NCBI RefSeq assembly: GCF_009914755.1
Contig: NC_060935.1
Origin: the human T2T-CHM13v2.0 reference genome, Homo sapiens
Strand: one strand, 5' to 3'
DNA: 64,000 nt
How positions within the stretch are numbered: position 1 is the first letter of the stretch; each line of letters opens with the position of its first letter. A model generated the notes under the pieces. That model saw only the letters and a list, made by a program, of their open reading frames with translations, was not told the DNA's origin and ran no database searches. Below, in pieces: positions 1-18,462 of this stretch. Position numbers and translations under genes: made by a program.

Positions 1-499
1 GGGTGGGCCTCAGTGTCCCCATTAGTAATGTGAGGGAGGTGAGTCACGTGAGCCACATCTCCAGCCACCCCAGAGGGGCTACATCTCCAGCTCTGACAGA
101 CCCTTACTTGGGGATCTCTGCAGTGAATTCACCAACAGATAAGCACGTCTCAGGACCTCCAGAGTGTCTTAGAGACCCTGGAGTCTGACACACAAGGGCC
201 AGGAGCTGCTGCTCTCACATCCTGGGCCCACAGGGAGAGAAGCTTTGGAACTGGGAAGCTTCCCACCTCTACCCTCAACTCTGAGTCACCTTTCCTCGCG
301 GGTGACATGGCCAGGGAGCGGGAGGCAAGAAGAAGCCACTTCCTCAGCTTTTAGCATCAGCGCTCAAGTGCTCTGCCTCTTCCCCCTCTATCCTCTCCCG
401 CTTCCCCAGTCTCCTCCCCGCAGTGAAAGGAGGTCACTCAGCCCCGTTAAGCCTCAGTTTCTCCATCTGCAAGCGCCGATAATAATACACAACACCTAT

Positions 500-2561
<2,062 letters not shown>

Positions 2562-2739
2562 AAGGAGCCGTCTTCAGTGTGTGCACAGGGCCAGGCGCAG
2601 AGAAGGTGTTGGAGGGAACTGATGTATGAATGAAAGTTGAATGTGTGCCGCGGGGGAGTGGGGTAGGGACCATGTGAAAGCCGCTAACTGGCCTGGGGAG
2701 CTAAGGGATGTTGGTGGCACAGTACAGTCTCTTTGTAAA

Positions 2740-2960
2740 CCTCACACCAACCTTAAGTTGTGATAGGTACCCCATTTCACAGATGAGGACTCAGCACAGA
2801 GAGGCTAAGTGACGTTCCCGAGACCACACAGCTGGCACAGAGTTCTATCCACCCATCATTATCAAATTCTAGGGTAAAGCTGTGTGGCTTTAACAGGTTA
2901 CTCTCCCTCTCTGAGCCTCTGTTTCCTCATCTATAAAAGAAGAATAAAGGTGCTACTTGG
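2740..2960. mobile_element. MIR fragments (two, opposite orientations)
   Basis: CCCATTTCACAGATGAGG...GAGGCTAAGTGAC and CTCTGAGCCTCTGTTTCCTCATCTATAAA MIR core motifs. Confidence 0.7.
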
Positions 2961-3569
2961 CAGGGAACCAGGTGAGGGACTGGGCAGGCAGCAGGCTTCA
3001 GAGGGTGAAGCATGGGCATTCCCTGCAAAAGAAATGGCATCAGACTATGGCTGAGAGACTGGTTGGAAGAACAAAGAAGAGGGTGAGCTGGAGGCTGAAG
3101 TTCAGGCTGTGGACTTGAGGGTGCCCTCTCTTCTTCAGGCCCAGGGGTTGGGAGTAGGCAAGTTGGGCCCAGGAAGTTGGGACTGGTCTCTGGAGCCTGA
3201 GGGCTGGGAGAAGGCAGTTTTGCCTTTACTTGTTGAACTTGACGCTAAGAAACCTTGTGGCCCTTCCCTCTGTCCAGAGCCCTCTCTGGCTCCCGGTTGC
3301 CAGCATGACCAAGCCCTACATCCCTAGCCTGGCGTTCCAGCCCCTTTGTTATTGCTCTCTGCCTGCTGACTCCACCAGCCTCATCTCCCCATTGCTTACT
3401 TCCCTCTCTACTTGCGCCAACTTCTCTCAGGTCCATCAGCAAGCAGGATGCATTCTGTCTCCATGCAGTTGTCTCCTCCATGTGTTGCTTTGCTGTTCCC
3501 CTTCTCTCTGGAGTTAATTCTCATTTCTCTGCTGGGCTGAAGGGCAGAACCTCTAGGCCAAATGCTCAT

Positions 3570-3656
3570 CTGTTCTCTTCACTGCTGTATCCCCAGAGCC
3601 TAGCACGGAGCCTGGCACATAGTAGGTGCCAAGTAAACAATTGTTGAATAAATGAC
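3570..3656 (+). mobile_element. L2 3' end fragment
   Basis: CCCCAGAGCCTAGCACGGAGCCTGGCACATAGTAGGTG...TTGTTGAATAAATGA, typical L2 terminus. Confidence 0.7.
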
Positions 3657-5299
3657 CCATCTCTCATGAGATTTATCAAGATTTATCTCCACCAAGATTT
3701 ATCACCACCTCCGAGAAGCCTTCCTGAACTCCCCCAGGCTGCCTGCCTTTGGTCTGGGCTCCCTCAGCTTGAAGGTTCTGTAATGATTGATTTCCATGTC
3801 TGGTTTCCCTCCCACCCACCACCATCCAGCCTGGTACATGGCCTGCCCTTGTGAGATCTCGGCACTGGGAGATGAATGAGGCTCTCAGAGAGTTCTCTGG
3901 CTGCCCCTGCTGCGAGAGCCTCCTTAGCTGGGTCAGATGAGCAGGATGTCAGAATAAAAGGAGCTTTTCAGAACAGACCCTCCATGACCCCTGAGGCGCT
4001 GGGGGTGTGTGAGGGGGAGGCATGCCCAAGGTCGTCAGGAGGTGACTAGCAAACAGGTCTCAAGACACCCACATTTGCCCTCTGGCCACTCTTCCAAAGG
4101 GGAGGGAGTCTTGTGAGCTGGGGAATCTGGCCTTTTGGTGGCCAAGGAGTTCCATGAAGCATGACAGAGGTGGTCATGGTGGCTGGTCTGGGCAGTGGTC
4201 GAGGGTGAGGCTACACGGAAACATTAGCCTTTTCTGCCTGATGCCCTACTTCTCCCAAGAACCTTCTACCTTCCTTACATTCTTCTCACCGGAGGCAGCA
4301 GCTTCAGCTTCGGGCCCCAGGGCTGTTAAACGCAGCTCCTCCCATTCTTATGGCAGATAGACATTCACTTTCACGTCTACATTTATATTAGTATTTTGCA
4401 GTTTTTCTTAAACAGGGCCACTGAATTGTATGAGGCTCCACACCCCTGGAGATCTACTTCCAACAAATCCTTCCACTGCGTCCATATATGCAGGTCCTGT
4501 GTGAGGCGTTGGCAGGGACGCTCTGCCCTCCTGCAGCTCCCTGTCTGGTGGGGTGATTGGGCTCCACTGAGCTCATTGAGCCCTCAAAATGCTTCATGCC
4601 TTCCTACCCCTCTGCCTCCGTCCCTGCCAGCCTGGAGTCCTTTCCCTGTCCCTCCTGCCTGCATGTGTCCCGCTTGCCTAGTGGATTTTCTCCATCCTTC
4701 AAGGCCCTTCTCACAAGCTGATGCCTCTGAGAATCCTGCCCACTTCTCCCAGTGACAAGCACAGCCTCTTCCTTTGGAGCCTGTGGCACCGAAGGCCCTT
4801 TGCCTCTTCTGATGCCTTTGGATCTGGGCTGCTGTTGATGGGTCAATTTTCCCACCAGATTATGAGCTTTTGGAGGGCAAGGGGTGGAGTCTGATTTCTC
4901 GCTGCCCGAGTCCCTCATTCACCAATGTTTCCTGAGTTGGACCAAGTCCTATACCAAACATTGGGTATCCAGGGATGGGACAATCAGATGAGAACCTGCC
5001 CTCATCATCGAGGAGCCCCCAGTCCCAGAGCTGTCTGCATGGAAATGTGTACCAAGTGCTTTCTGAACAGAGGAGGCTGCCTGATTCAGCTGGAGGAGGG
5101 CAAGCTGGGTCAAGGGCAGCTTCACAGGGAGGGTGACACTTGGGTATTTAAGAAGCAGAACTTGTCAAGATAAGGAGGGAAGCGTCTTCTGGGCAGACGG
5201 AACATTGAGCGCAAAGGCATGAAAGTGGGAATGGGCAGGTGGAGGGTGAGAAGTTAGTGTATTTAGGGCAACAGAAATGACGGAGGGAGAAGTGGGTTG

Positions 5300-5530
5300 C
5301 ACAACAGAGCAGTTAGAGCACAGACTCTGGAGCCACATGGCCTAGGTTCGAATCCTGACACTACCAAGTGCTAGCTCTGTTGTTACTCAGTGCCTCAGTT
5401 TCCTTATCTGTAGAGTGGGGATAATCCCAGTACTTACTTTGTAGGATATTTATAAGGATTAAGTGAGTTAATTTTTGTAAGGCACCTAGGATAGTGTTAA
5501 TGACACACGTAAGTTCCTAGTGAGTGTTAG
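5300..5530 (+). mobile_element. MIR
   Basis: GTTAGAGCACAGACTCTGGAGCC...GTTCGAATCCTG...GCCTCAGTTTCCTTATCTGTA...GGATTAAGTGAGTTAAT. Confidence 0.8.
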
Positions 5531-6130
5531 GTAAATGAGGGGGAGCCGGAGAGGCCATGATAGGTGGGTTTCATGTTTGGAATTTATCTGGAGGACATTG
5601 GAGCATTAGCAAGGAGGGAGTGTGAAGGGGAGTGGGAAGCTTGGCTTGGACCCAGCCTGCTCTGCCCACTCACGCACATCCAGAGGGCATCCCTGGGACC
5701 CCCACCTGCCTGCCCCTCCTGCTCTCTGGTCTTCCACTGCCCTCAGTGGCCCTGTGGCCTCAACTAACCTCAGCTGATGTATAACAGGGCTGTAGGAGCT
5801 GGGGCCACACCTACCCCAGTACACCTGGGGGAAACTTTATGTTCCAGTTTATTGCCAAAGGAGGTCAAGTAGGGGTCCCGAGGGGATCTGGGACACATGT
5901 GCAGGGTGAGCATCTGAGCTGTAGCCTGGCTTAACGCATGGTGGATTTGGTAAGAGTGTGTATGTGGAATGGGGAGTGGAGAGGGGCTGGAGGCACTTGC
6001 CTGGCCTGGAGAGCTGGTTGGATGTAGGGCACTGTGGGCTGTGATGCTGTGGGCTTGGGAGCCAGGTGCACATCCTGGCCCAGTCACCTTCCCTCTCTGT
6101 GCCTGAGATTCCTGTGGGTAAAAGGGAGAT

Positions 6131-6202
6131 GAAAATAGTAGCTCCTTCAGGCCGGTTAGCTCAGTTGGGAAAAAAAAGAAAAAGAAAATAGTGGCTACTT
6201 CA
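6131..6202 (+). pseudogene. Retroposed 5' fragment (nt 1-19) of tRNA-Ile with A-tail and target-site duplication, inserted in a MIR
   Basis: GGCCGGTTAGCTCAGTTGG at 6150-6168 matches the 5' end of human tRNA-Ile(AAT/GAT). A-rich tail at 6170-6183. Flanking direct repeats GAAAATAGTAGCTCCTTCA (6131-6149) and GAAAATAGTGGCTACTTCA (6184-6202). Confidence 0.8.
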
Positions 6203-7422
6203 AAGGTGGTAAGGATGAAAAGATCAAATGTTCAGTCAGTGAGGCCTGAGGTACATGGTGTATATCTGGGAGACCAAAATCAATTCTGTAGTACCAAGGC
6301 CGAAAGGTCAAGAGAGACTGTGGCTGGAGAGCCAGGCAGAGGGACGTGCCACACAAGGTCTTAGTCAAGAGTTGGCCTCTGTGCTGAGGGTGGAGGGGAG
6401 CCATGGGAGGGTTTCACAGGGACAACAAGGTCATATGTGCTTCTCAGAGATCACTGAGGTAGACAGACTGGGGCCTGTGTTAAGAGTCAAGGTGACAAGG
6501 AGAGGCGCGGGTCTGAGCCTGGGCCCCGGCTGTGGCCCAAGTGGGTGGGAGGCATCCCAGAACATCTACAGGGAAAGAGGCTCGAGCTACTGATTTGTGT
6601 CCACGTAGGGCAAGAGTGAGCTAGAAATGCCTGGGTGACTCCCAGGGCCCAGCTGGTGGTGCCATTTCCTGGGGTGGGGAGCCTGGAGATGCAGGTATGG
6701 GGAAAGGTGATGATGTGGCTTGGGGACACAGTGAGTTTGAGGGACCATTGGGAGATACATGGGATATTCCTCGGTAGAGCTCTGGGGGGCGGGGCCGGGC
6801 TTGAGTCCACCTCTTGGGAATGGACAGCCTTTGGGAGGAGAGGCTGAGTAGCCCCTGGGAGGGAAGCGTGGCTCACCACGGATGAAAACCAACAGGGAGG
6901 GGATGGGCAGGGGCAGGGGCCTGAGGAGGAGCCCTCTGAGGGGAAGAAGAGGACAGAGGGGAGCAGACAGTGAGAGGAGAGTGTGCAGGGAGAGGTTAGC
7001 CAGGGCCGGGAGGGCCAGGATGGAGGTGTCCCCTGGGGTGGGCCATTGGGACTGTGGGTGACTTGGGAAGGGTGATGTGCATAGGGTGGGAGGCAGGAGC
7101 AGGGGCTCACTTGGTGACATGGTGGACAGCCCCTTTCAGGGCAGCTGGCAGGGCAACATGGTTGGATGGCAGCTGGCGGGGAAGGCAGAGGCAGAGGAGG
7201 GTTTTGGTTTTGGTGTTGGTTCCTGGAGGAGGGCTTCAGTTAAAGCTCTGTGAATAAGGGAGGGGCAGGAAGCTGACCTGGGACTGAGGAGAGGCTGTAT
7301 TTGGGGGTTGGGGGTGAGGACCACAGTGGGGACAGGAGAGACAGAGCTGAAGCAGCCCCTTCTCACTTCGTAGAGGGGGCTTTGGGAAATGTCTGTGTCA
7401 AGTTAATAAAAAATGATATCAT

Positions 7423-7687
7423 GGCTGGGTGGGGTAGCTGACACATGTAATCCCAGCACTTTGGGAGGCCAAGGCGGATGGATCACTTGAGGCCAGGGGT
7501 TTGAGACCAGCCTGGCCAACATAGTGAAACCCCATCTCTACTAAAAATACAAAAATTAGCCACGTGTGGTGGTGCATGCCTGTAGTCCCAGCTACTTGGG
7601 AAGCATGAGGCATGAGGTGGAGGCTGCAGAGAGCTGAGATCGTGCCACTTCACTCCACCCTGGGAGACCCTGTCTCAAAAAAAAAAA
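7423..7687 (+). mobile_element. Alu
   Basis: TGTAATCCCAGCACTTTGGGAGGCC...TACTAAAAATACAAAAATTAGC...A tail. Confidence 0.9.
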
Positions 7688-8535
7688 GATACCTGACCCC
7701 CTTTCTCATTCTCCTGGATCACTGTTCAGGCTCCAGTCTTGCAAGGCTGGGGAGCTTCACATTCCTTTCTGACCCCAGATCCTGGAAGCTTCCTCTCCCA
7801 CCAGGTCTTGTCGCCAGCCAGTGGGAATAACCGAGGTCACCATAATGCCATGCTGACCCTTCCCCAGAGCCTTTGGATGCTCACTAGAAGAACTATCTGC
7901 TTTGTCCCCACCATTGTCAGTTGCCGGGGACTGCTTCCCTCCAACCCCCACCATGAACTTGCCAGATTGATTTCTGTGTCGCAGCACAGGGTGTGGCCAC
8001 ACCCAGTAGGCACTCAATACCTTTAACTGTAGAAATGCAGAGGGAATGCCTTCATTTGGCTGCCTCTGCTGCCCCCTGCTGTCTGAGACTGGTTGGTACA
8101 ACATTAAAGGGCTGGTTCTGGAACTTAATGGTTTCGGGACCCCTTTTCTTGCCTAAAAATTATTGAGGACCCCAAAGAACATCTGTTTATACGTTTTATG
8201 TCTATTGGTATTTACAGTAATATAAATTTAAATTGATATGTTTTTAAAATATTCATATTATATGATTAAAATAATAAATGTAGTGTAACAACATATTTTT
8301 AGAAAAAATATTTCCCAAAATAAAAAATTAATGAGAAAAGTGGCATTATTTTATATGTTTACAAATTTCTTTAATGTCTTGATAGAAGACAGCTGGATTT
8401 TCAAACACACTTCTGCATTTAATCTGATGCAATATGTTGTTTTAAGTGAAGTTTATGAAGAAAATACAGGCTTACGCAAATACATAGTTGTAAAAGGGAT
8501 ATGTTAACAGCCCTTTCAAATAATTGTGGCTATTC

Positions 8536-8830
8536 TTTTTTTTATTTTTTAGAGGCAGGATCTTGCTCTGTTGGCCAGGCTGGAGTGCAGTGGCATGATC
8601 ATAGCTCACTGTAACCTCAAACTCTTGGGCTCAAGTGATCCTTTCACCTCAGCCTCCCAAGTAGCAAGGACTACAGGTACTCACCACCACACTCAGCTCA
8701 TTTTTCTTTTTTTTGGTACAGATGGGGTCTCACTATGTTGCCCAGGCTGGTCTTTTCCTGGCCTCAAGCAATCCTCCTGCCTCAGCTTCCCTAAGTGCTG
8801 GGATTACAGGTGTGAACTACTGAGCCTGGC
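8536..8830 (-). mobile_element. Alu (AluJ-like) inside Charlie fossil
   Basis: Alu body with TGGCTATTCTTTT-like repeat on both sides. Confidence 0.9.
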
Positions 8831-8911
8831 TATTCTTTTTTGATACTAGCCAAAACTTGACAAGTGCTGTTTTTTTTTTTGAAGGTTAGTTGTGATTAGA
8901 ATCTGAAATCT

Positions 8912-9220
<309 letters not shown>

Positions 9221-10059
9221 TTACATTAAAATACATTAGACTCTTTCGCATTTTGGATATATCTTTTGCCCAAGCATGATGTTATAACTTAATGCACTGG
9301 CTGTTTGGAAAAAAATGGTTCACCAAGTTATGCAGGTCTTTCAAATATTGACAAATATTAGTATACTATGTTTTAAAAATCACATTAGTTAATATCAACA
9401 CCGATCTCATCAGAGAAGTCTTTAAGTATTGGGAAGCTGCCAAGGTCACAGTGGTGAACACAAGGTTTCTAAAATTCCAATTTTCACTTGAGCTTGGGTT
9501 TCATCATTAGCAATAAATACTGTCAGTTTGCTGTGAAATGACAGATTCATTTTATTCATTCTTGAGAAAATGTCTGCCAGAGACTCAAGTCTGCATAAGC
9601 ATAATTTATCTGTCAGTATTTCTTTCAGGTCAAAATGGTGTTCCATGAAAAAAAAAAAGTGACTAGTTAAGCTCACAGTTCAAACAAGTGCAAATGCTTT
9701 TCTGGAGACAACCATTGTGCTGCATCGGATATGGCAGAAGTGCTCTATGTTGCTTCCCAGAATATTAAAAAGATGTATATTCAAGGACCAGTATATTGTG
9801 AATGGGATCATTTTTATTGCTGCATCAAAGACTTTCCTGGTCGATGTTGGCAGTGTTTTCCTATGAGGGCGTGGCAGTGAAAAATGCGATGACTTCCTGT
9901 ACATCGCATTGGAGGCCGCCACGTTGGCTTTTGCACCGTCAGGGAAATGTCAACCCAGCAAAAAAGGCAAATGATGCCTTAGTCTCATTATGAAAAGAGT
10001 TTTGACCTTGCAGACTTCCCCAGCAGGGTCTGTACTTGGCATTCATGTTTTAATTTAAC

Positions 10060-10398
10060 GTTCTCATACCAGAAGCAGGGCTCAGTCACCCTTGACACAG
10101 TTTCCAATACTATGCCCCACCCGAATGGCTCCAGCTGGTGGCTGGAGATAAAACTTAGAGGCTTCTCTCCCACCTAGCAGGCTGGCTCCTGGCCTTCCCG
10201 CTCTCTCCTTTAAACGGACCATTCAGACATGAGCTTGTCAACTGGAAGTGACCACCTCTCAGTCACAGTGTGACCAACTGGAACTAGTGCCTGCTTGCTT
10301 TAAACCTACCAATTAAAGCTCCCTGAGGGAAAGCTGGACACCCTCGACCCAATATAGGCAGTGGCCCATGGGTCTTGTCTCTTCCTGCCTGCACTCCC

Positions 10399-10438
<40 letters not shown>

Positions 10439-10620
10439 GTGTGTGAGAGAGAGACAGAGACACCTCTGTTGTGCCCTCCAGGGTGTGTAAGTACTAAACA
10501 TTTTTACACTTTCACACTGTGGTTTTATCCCCTGAAGGTGAGGCCACTGAAGGACCCATGCAGGTGGGTCCCCTCCCTACTGGCGCTCTTTTTTTTTGAG
10601 CCCCTCCACTGTTGGGAACA
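10060..10620 (+). mobile_element. Probable ERV LTR (LTR47-like, uncertain) containing a (GT)n tract
   Basis: ACCAGAAGCAGGGCTCAGTCACCCTTGACACAGTTTCCA start and ...GGGAACA end; family assigned from memory only. Confidence 0.45.
10403..10436. repeat. (GT)17 microsatellite
   Basis: Perfect GT dinucleotide run. Confidence 0.95.
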
Positions 10621-11144
10621 GCTACCAGTTAAGTTGATAGAGTTTCCTTCAAAACATAGCCCTGACACCCTCTCAGAACAGAGGGGCCTCCTTATCTCCA
10701 GGAGCAGCAGGGGAGGGGGAAGGAAGAGGAGAGTTGAGAGAAGACACCTGCCCCTCTCATCATGTGCTTAAGAGGCACCCATGGGCACTGTTCAGGGCCG
10801 AAAATTAGAAATACCCCAACCAGCCAGTACCATGGGGGTGGTGATAGGAACCCTGGCTTCCTAGAATAACTCAGTTCCAGGAACCTGTGCTGAGGGCCCA
10901 GTCCATGCCAGACCTGAGGCTGGCACTAGAGATGCAAAATGCAATCAGACCCTGCCCCCTCCCCTTGAGGAGTGTTCAGTTTAGTGGGGGAGAGAAGGGT
11001 GCCACATCAGTAATAAAAACAGACCCCTTTATTTTTGTTAACTTTACCAAATGAAATTTTATAAATTCAAAGTGCCATCTACTGCTTCCTCCCGGGTTCT
11101 CTTCTTTCCCCCAGCACCCCTGCCCCCCAACACCAGGTTCTCTT

Positions 11145-11221
11145 CTGTAACACTCAACGCGAGGGTCCGAGGCTTCATTCTTGAAGTCAGTGAGACCAAG
11201 AACCCTCCAATTCCGGACACA
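11145..11221 (+). mobile_element. LTR12 (ERV9) 3'-terminal stub
   Basis: CTGTAACACTCA.CGCGAGGGTCCG.GGCTTCATTCTTGAAGTCAGTGAGACCAAGAACCC.CCAATTCCGGACACA matches the LTR12 3' end. Confidence 0.85.
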
Positions 11222-11400
11222 GCGTCACCCTTATTATACAACAGGCTGTTTTCCTATGCTGTCCAAAACTGCATCGATTCCCCCTAAAGCCGCTCCTTCA
11301 GTATTCTCCATCTCTGTGACAGATCCCAACATCCTAGACATCACCCCCTATAGCCCGTCAGTCACAGAGATGCAGGGAAGGGAATTCTAAAGCTACTGGA

Positions 11401-11745
11401 GGCCAGGCATGGTGGCTCACGCCTATAAGCCCAGCACTTTGGGAGGCCGAGGCGGGCGGATCACTTGAGGTCAAGAGTTCAAGACCAGTCTGACCAACAT
11501 GGTGAAACCCCGTCTCTACTAAAAATACAAAAATTAGCTGGGCCTGGTGGCGCGCGCCTGTAATTCCAGCCACTCGGGAGGCTGAGGGATGAGAATCACT
11601 TGAACCCAGGAGGCGGAAGTTGAGGTGAGCTGAGATTGCACCACTGCACTCCAGCCTGTGTGATGGAGTGACAGAAAGGGAGGGAGGGAGGGAGGGAGGA
11701 AGGAAGGAAGGAGGGGAGGAAGAGAACAAAAGAAAAAAAGAGAAA
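11401..11745 (+). mobile_element. Alu (AluS) with GGGA/GGAA-expanded tail
   Basis: Full Alu body; TSD-like AGCTACTGGA on both sides. Confidence 0.92.
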
Positions 11746-12089
11746 GCAAGCTAGCTACTGGAGTGTCCAGGCTCCCAACTCTGGAGTTTCTATCTCCTGA
11801 ACATCTAAACATTTTTCCATCCACTCCTTGACCCTGTGGCTCCCATAATCACCTCCAAGGCCAGTGCCCATCATGTCAGCCTCTTCGGTGCTCTCCCTGC
11901 CTCCTCTCTTGCCCTCTCCTATCCACTTCCCACTATTTCAGATCTGAGCACAGCATTCTCTTGATTAAAACTCCTCAGTGGCTCCCCTCTCTTGGCTCTC
12001 AGCAGCACATGCTGGGCCCTCTACACCCAAGTCAACCTGGAAGGCACAGCTCCCGTGTCTCCTCCTCCAGGAAGCCTCCCTCTGACCAT

Positions 12090-12642
<553 letters not shown>

Positions 12643-13139
12643 TTAAGAGATGCTCTAGGCCAGCCGCTGTCACATTTTACAGATGAGAAAACTGAGGTTG
12701 GCCAGAGGAAGTGACTTGCCCAAAGCCACCCAGCATGTAAACCAATATGCAAACCCAGGTTCTGACACCCAAGTCTGCGCTCTTCTGAATCATTGCTGAC
12801 TCAGAGTCACAGTGGGGCTAGAGGGCAGTGGGAGGAGAGTGGCAAGGTATGACTTCAGGACGCGGCTCAGGTGTCACTTCCTCACAGAAGCCCTGCCTGG
12901 ACCCAAGCTCTTCTCTGGGCTCCCCGAGGCCTCTATCCACTCATTTACCAGTCAGTTCTGTGAATGTCAGCTTGTGTGTCTGCTTCCATGAGGCCATGTC
13001 CCCAGCACCCAGCATGGGACCCGGAACATCGTGCTACATGTGAAGGTACACGCCTCTGGTTTCTACTGCCCTCTCTGGCAGCTCAACCCTCCAGGACAGA
13101 AGAGCAATCGGTTCCGCTATTCGTTGCTTCCTTCCTTTC

Positions 13140-15200
<2,061 letters not shown>

Positions 15201-16196
15201 GGTCGGTGCACGTGATTAAGCAGCAGGCAGCCTGGAGAGCCTCCAGCCCAGGTCCCTTCACAGACCATGCGGGTTTCTTCCCTCTTGGGTAGCAGTGGGC
15301 CAGGCAAGGCAGTGTGGATCTGCAGCTGACCAGGGGCTCAGAGGAAGGAGCATGCCTAGGAAGTCTCAGATTTCCAGGACTGGTTTACATATTTATGCAA
15401 AGCCACCTCCTCCCTGTTCCATATTGGAACAAAGTGTGTGTGTGGAGGGTAGCATTTAATAGGACCTCTTTGGACTGGTCTTACAATGCCCCCTATGTCA
15501 AGGGACCGTACTATGCCCACAGGGGCAGGTCCTGTCACCATCCCATCATTAGAGAACTGGGAACCCACCTCCCTGACATGGGCAGGGTGGGGCTGCCCTG
15601 TCTGTTTTTCATTGTCCTCCTGCTTTGGTTTCTGCTTTTTGGCAGAGGCTGCTTTTCCTAGATTACTTCCAACATCTGTTCACTTGCTTCTAGAATAAAA
15701 CAGGATAAGTTTGATTCTGATATTTTCTTTTTCCCCAAGGCCATCTTCAGTGAAGGCCTGGACTCTCTCCAGGTGCCCCGCTAGTGCCTTCCTACTCTGG
15801 AGTCCGCTGCCTGTGGTGGGCTTTGGGCCCTGCCTGATGCCAGCCAAACGTCCTCCCGTCCCTGGATCCTCTCTTGCCTCCAGCTCCTGACTCCTAAGGA
15901 CTCTTTATGCCCCAGAGCCTCCTTTGCTGAGCTGCCTGAGCTGAGGGCCCAGAACTACTGGCCTTCAGATTTGGGGTGGCACATGGTAAGTCCTGGGGCA
16001 TTGTGATGGGCTGGCCAGGCCCATCCAGGGATATCCCTGCCTCTTACTTCCCAGTCAGTCCCAGCCCCATTCTTCCCTCCCCACACCCCACCAAGGTACA
16101 CAGGATGCCCTGTGCTAGCTTCAGAGCTAGACCCTCACCTTTCACAGGCTGGGGAAAGGTCAGCAAATGTGAAAGGGAGAAAGAGTCACATTTTCT

Positions 16197-17240
<1,044 letters not shown>

Positions 17241-17470
17241 GACACGTCACTTTTCATGAGTTATGTCATTTTCATCCTCACAACAGTCCTGCCAAGTGGA
17301 TGTTACCTCATTTTTAGAGAGAGAAAAGGAGGCTCAATGATTTTATTTTCTATTTGAAATAAAAATTGACTTTCTTTAGTCTGTATTCTGCTGAAGCCTC
17401 AGTGATTTTAAGCAAGTGGTCCAAGGCCACCCAGCCAGTATGATGCCGAAGTGGGCTGAAGCCCTGGTTG

Positions 17471-17593
17471 CTCTGATTCCTGGGCCCTGCTCTCTCTGAT
17501 TCCTGGGCCCTGCTCTCTCTGATTCCTGGGCCCTGCTCTCTCTGATTCCTGGGCCCTGCTCTCTCTGATTGATTGATTCCTGGGCCCTGCTCT
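17471..17593. repeat. 23-bp minisatellite, about 5 copies (GATTCCTGGGCCCTGCTCTCTCT)
   Basis: Identical copies start at 17475, 17498, 17521 and 17544; a fifth copy at 17575 follows a GATT stutter. Confidence 0.95.
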
Positions 17594-17988
17594 GTGAGCC
17601 CTTGGGGTCACACCCAGGCTGACCTCCCTGTGTGTACAGACCCAGGTTGATGAACACCCTCTGGTCTTCCCAGGCTTCGTCTGGGTCCAGAAGCATCTAC
17701 TGAGCAGGTGGAACTGTTGCAGGGTCAGAGATGTTGCAGGGTGACCCCATTCTGTCCCTGTTTTAGCAGTGAAAGTCGCACATCCCTCATTCCTGGGCAA
17801 ATCAAGACAGTCACCCTAGAGCTGTGGTCCAGCCAGGTCCTGTTGCTGCCCCTTTGGGCACCCAGAACCTGATCCCTCACAACCTGCTGTTTTCCAGGCA
17901 TTTGTGCACCACCTCCCAATCCTTGGGATCCTCCAGGCTGTGGTTAGAGGCTGGGACAGGGGTTAAGGTACTATGAAAATGAGGCTCA

Positions 17989-18291
17989 GGCTGGGCGCAG
18001 TGGCTCACGCCTGTAATCCCAGCAACTTGGGAAACCAAAGCAGGGGGATGGCTTAAGGCCAGCAGTTTGGGACCAGCCTGAGCAACATAACAAGAATTGT
18101 CTTTACAAAAAAAAAAAAAAAGCTACCCAGGCATGGTGGCAGGCACCAGTAGCCCCGGCTACTCAGGAGGCTGAGGCAGGAAGACAGGAAGATCACTTGA
18201 CCCTGGGAGTTTGAGGCTGCAGTGAGCTATGATCGTGCCACTGCACTCCAGCCTCGGTTGCAGAGTGAGACCTCGTCTCTTAAAAAAAAAA
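17989..18291 (+). mobile_element. Alu (AluJ-like)
   Basis: GGCTGGGCGCAGTGGCTCACGCCTGTAATCCCAGC...A tail. Confidence 0.9.
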
Positions 18292-18462
18292 TTAGGCTCA
18301 TCAATGCCAGCAAGAAGTTACAGCCCAAATCAAGTAAGACCTTGATTTGTCTTTACAATGGCCTCGAAAGACAGCAGCCCCCACGTTCATTTTGACTCTC
18401 CATTGTCCCCTGTCTCTCTGTATATCCTGTGACCTCATGATAACAGAGTCCCTGCCTGCTGG

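Noticed and set aside
6150-6168. Functional tRNA-Ile gene
   Set aside because: Only 19 nt; no anticodon arm, B-box or 3' acceptor strand.
9446-9922. Domesticated hAT transposase (ZBED/Buster-like gene)
   Set aside because: Short frameshifted remnants inside a Charlie fossil interrupted by Alus.
17471-17593. CRISPR-like array
   Set aside because: Units are head-to-tail with no unique spacers, and the context is human with no cas genes.
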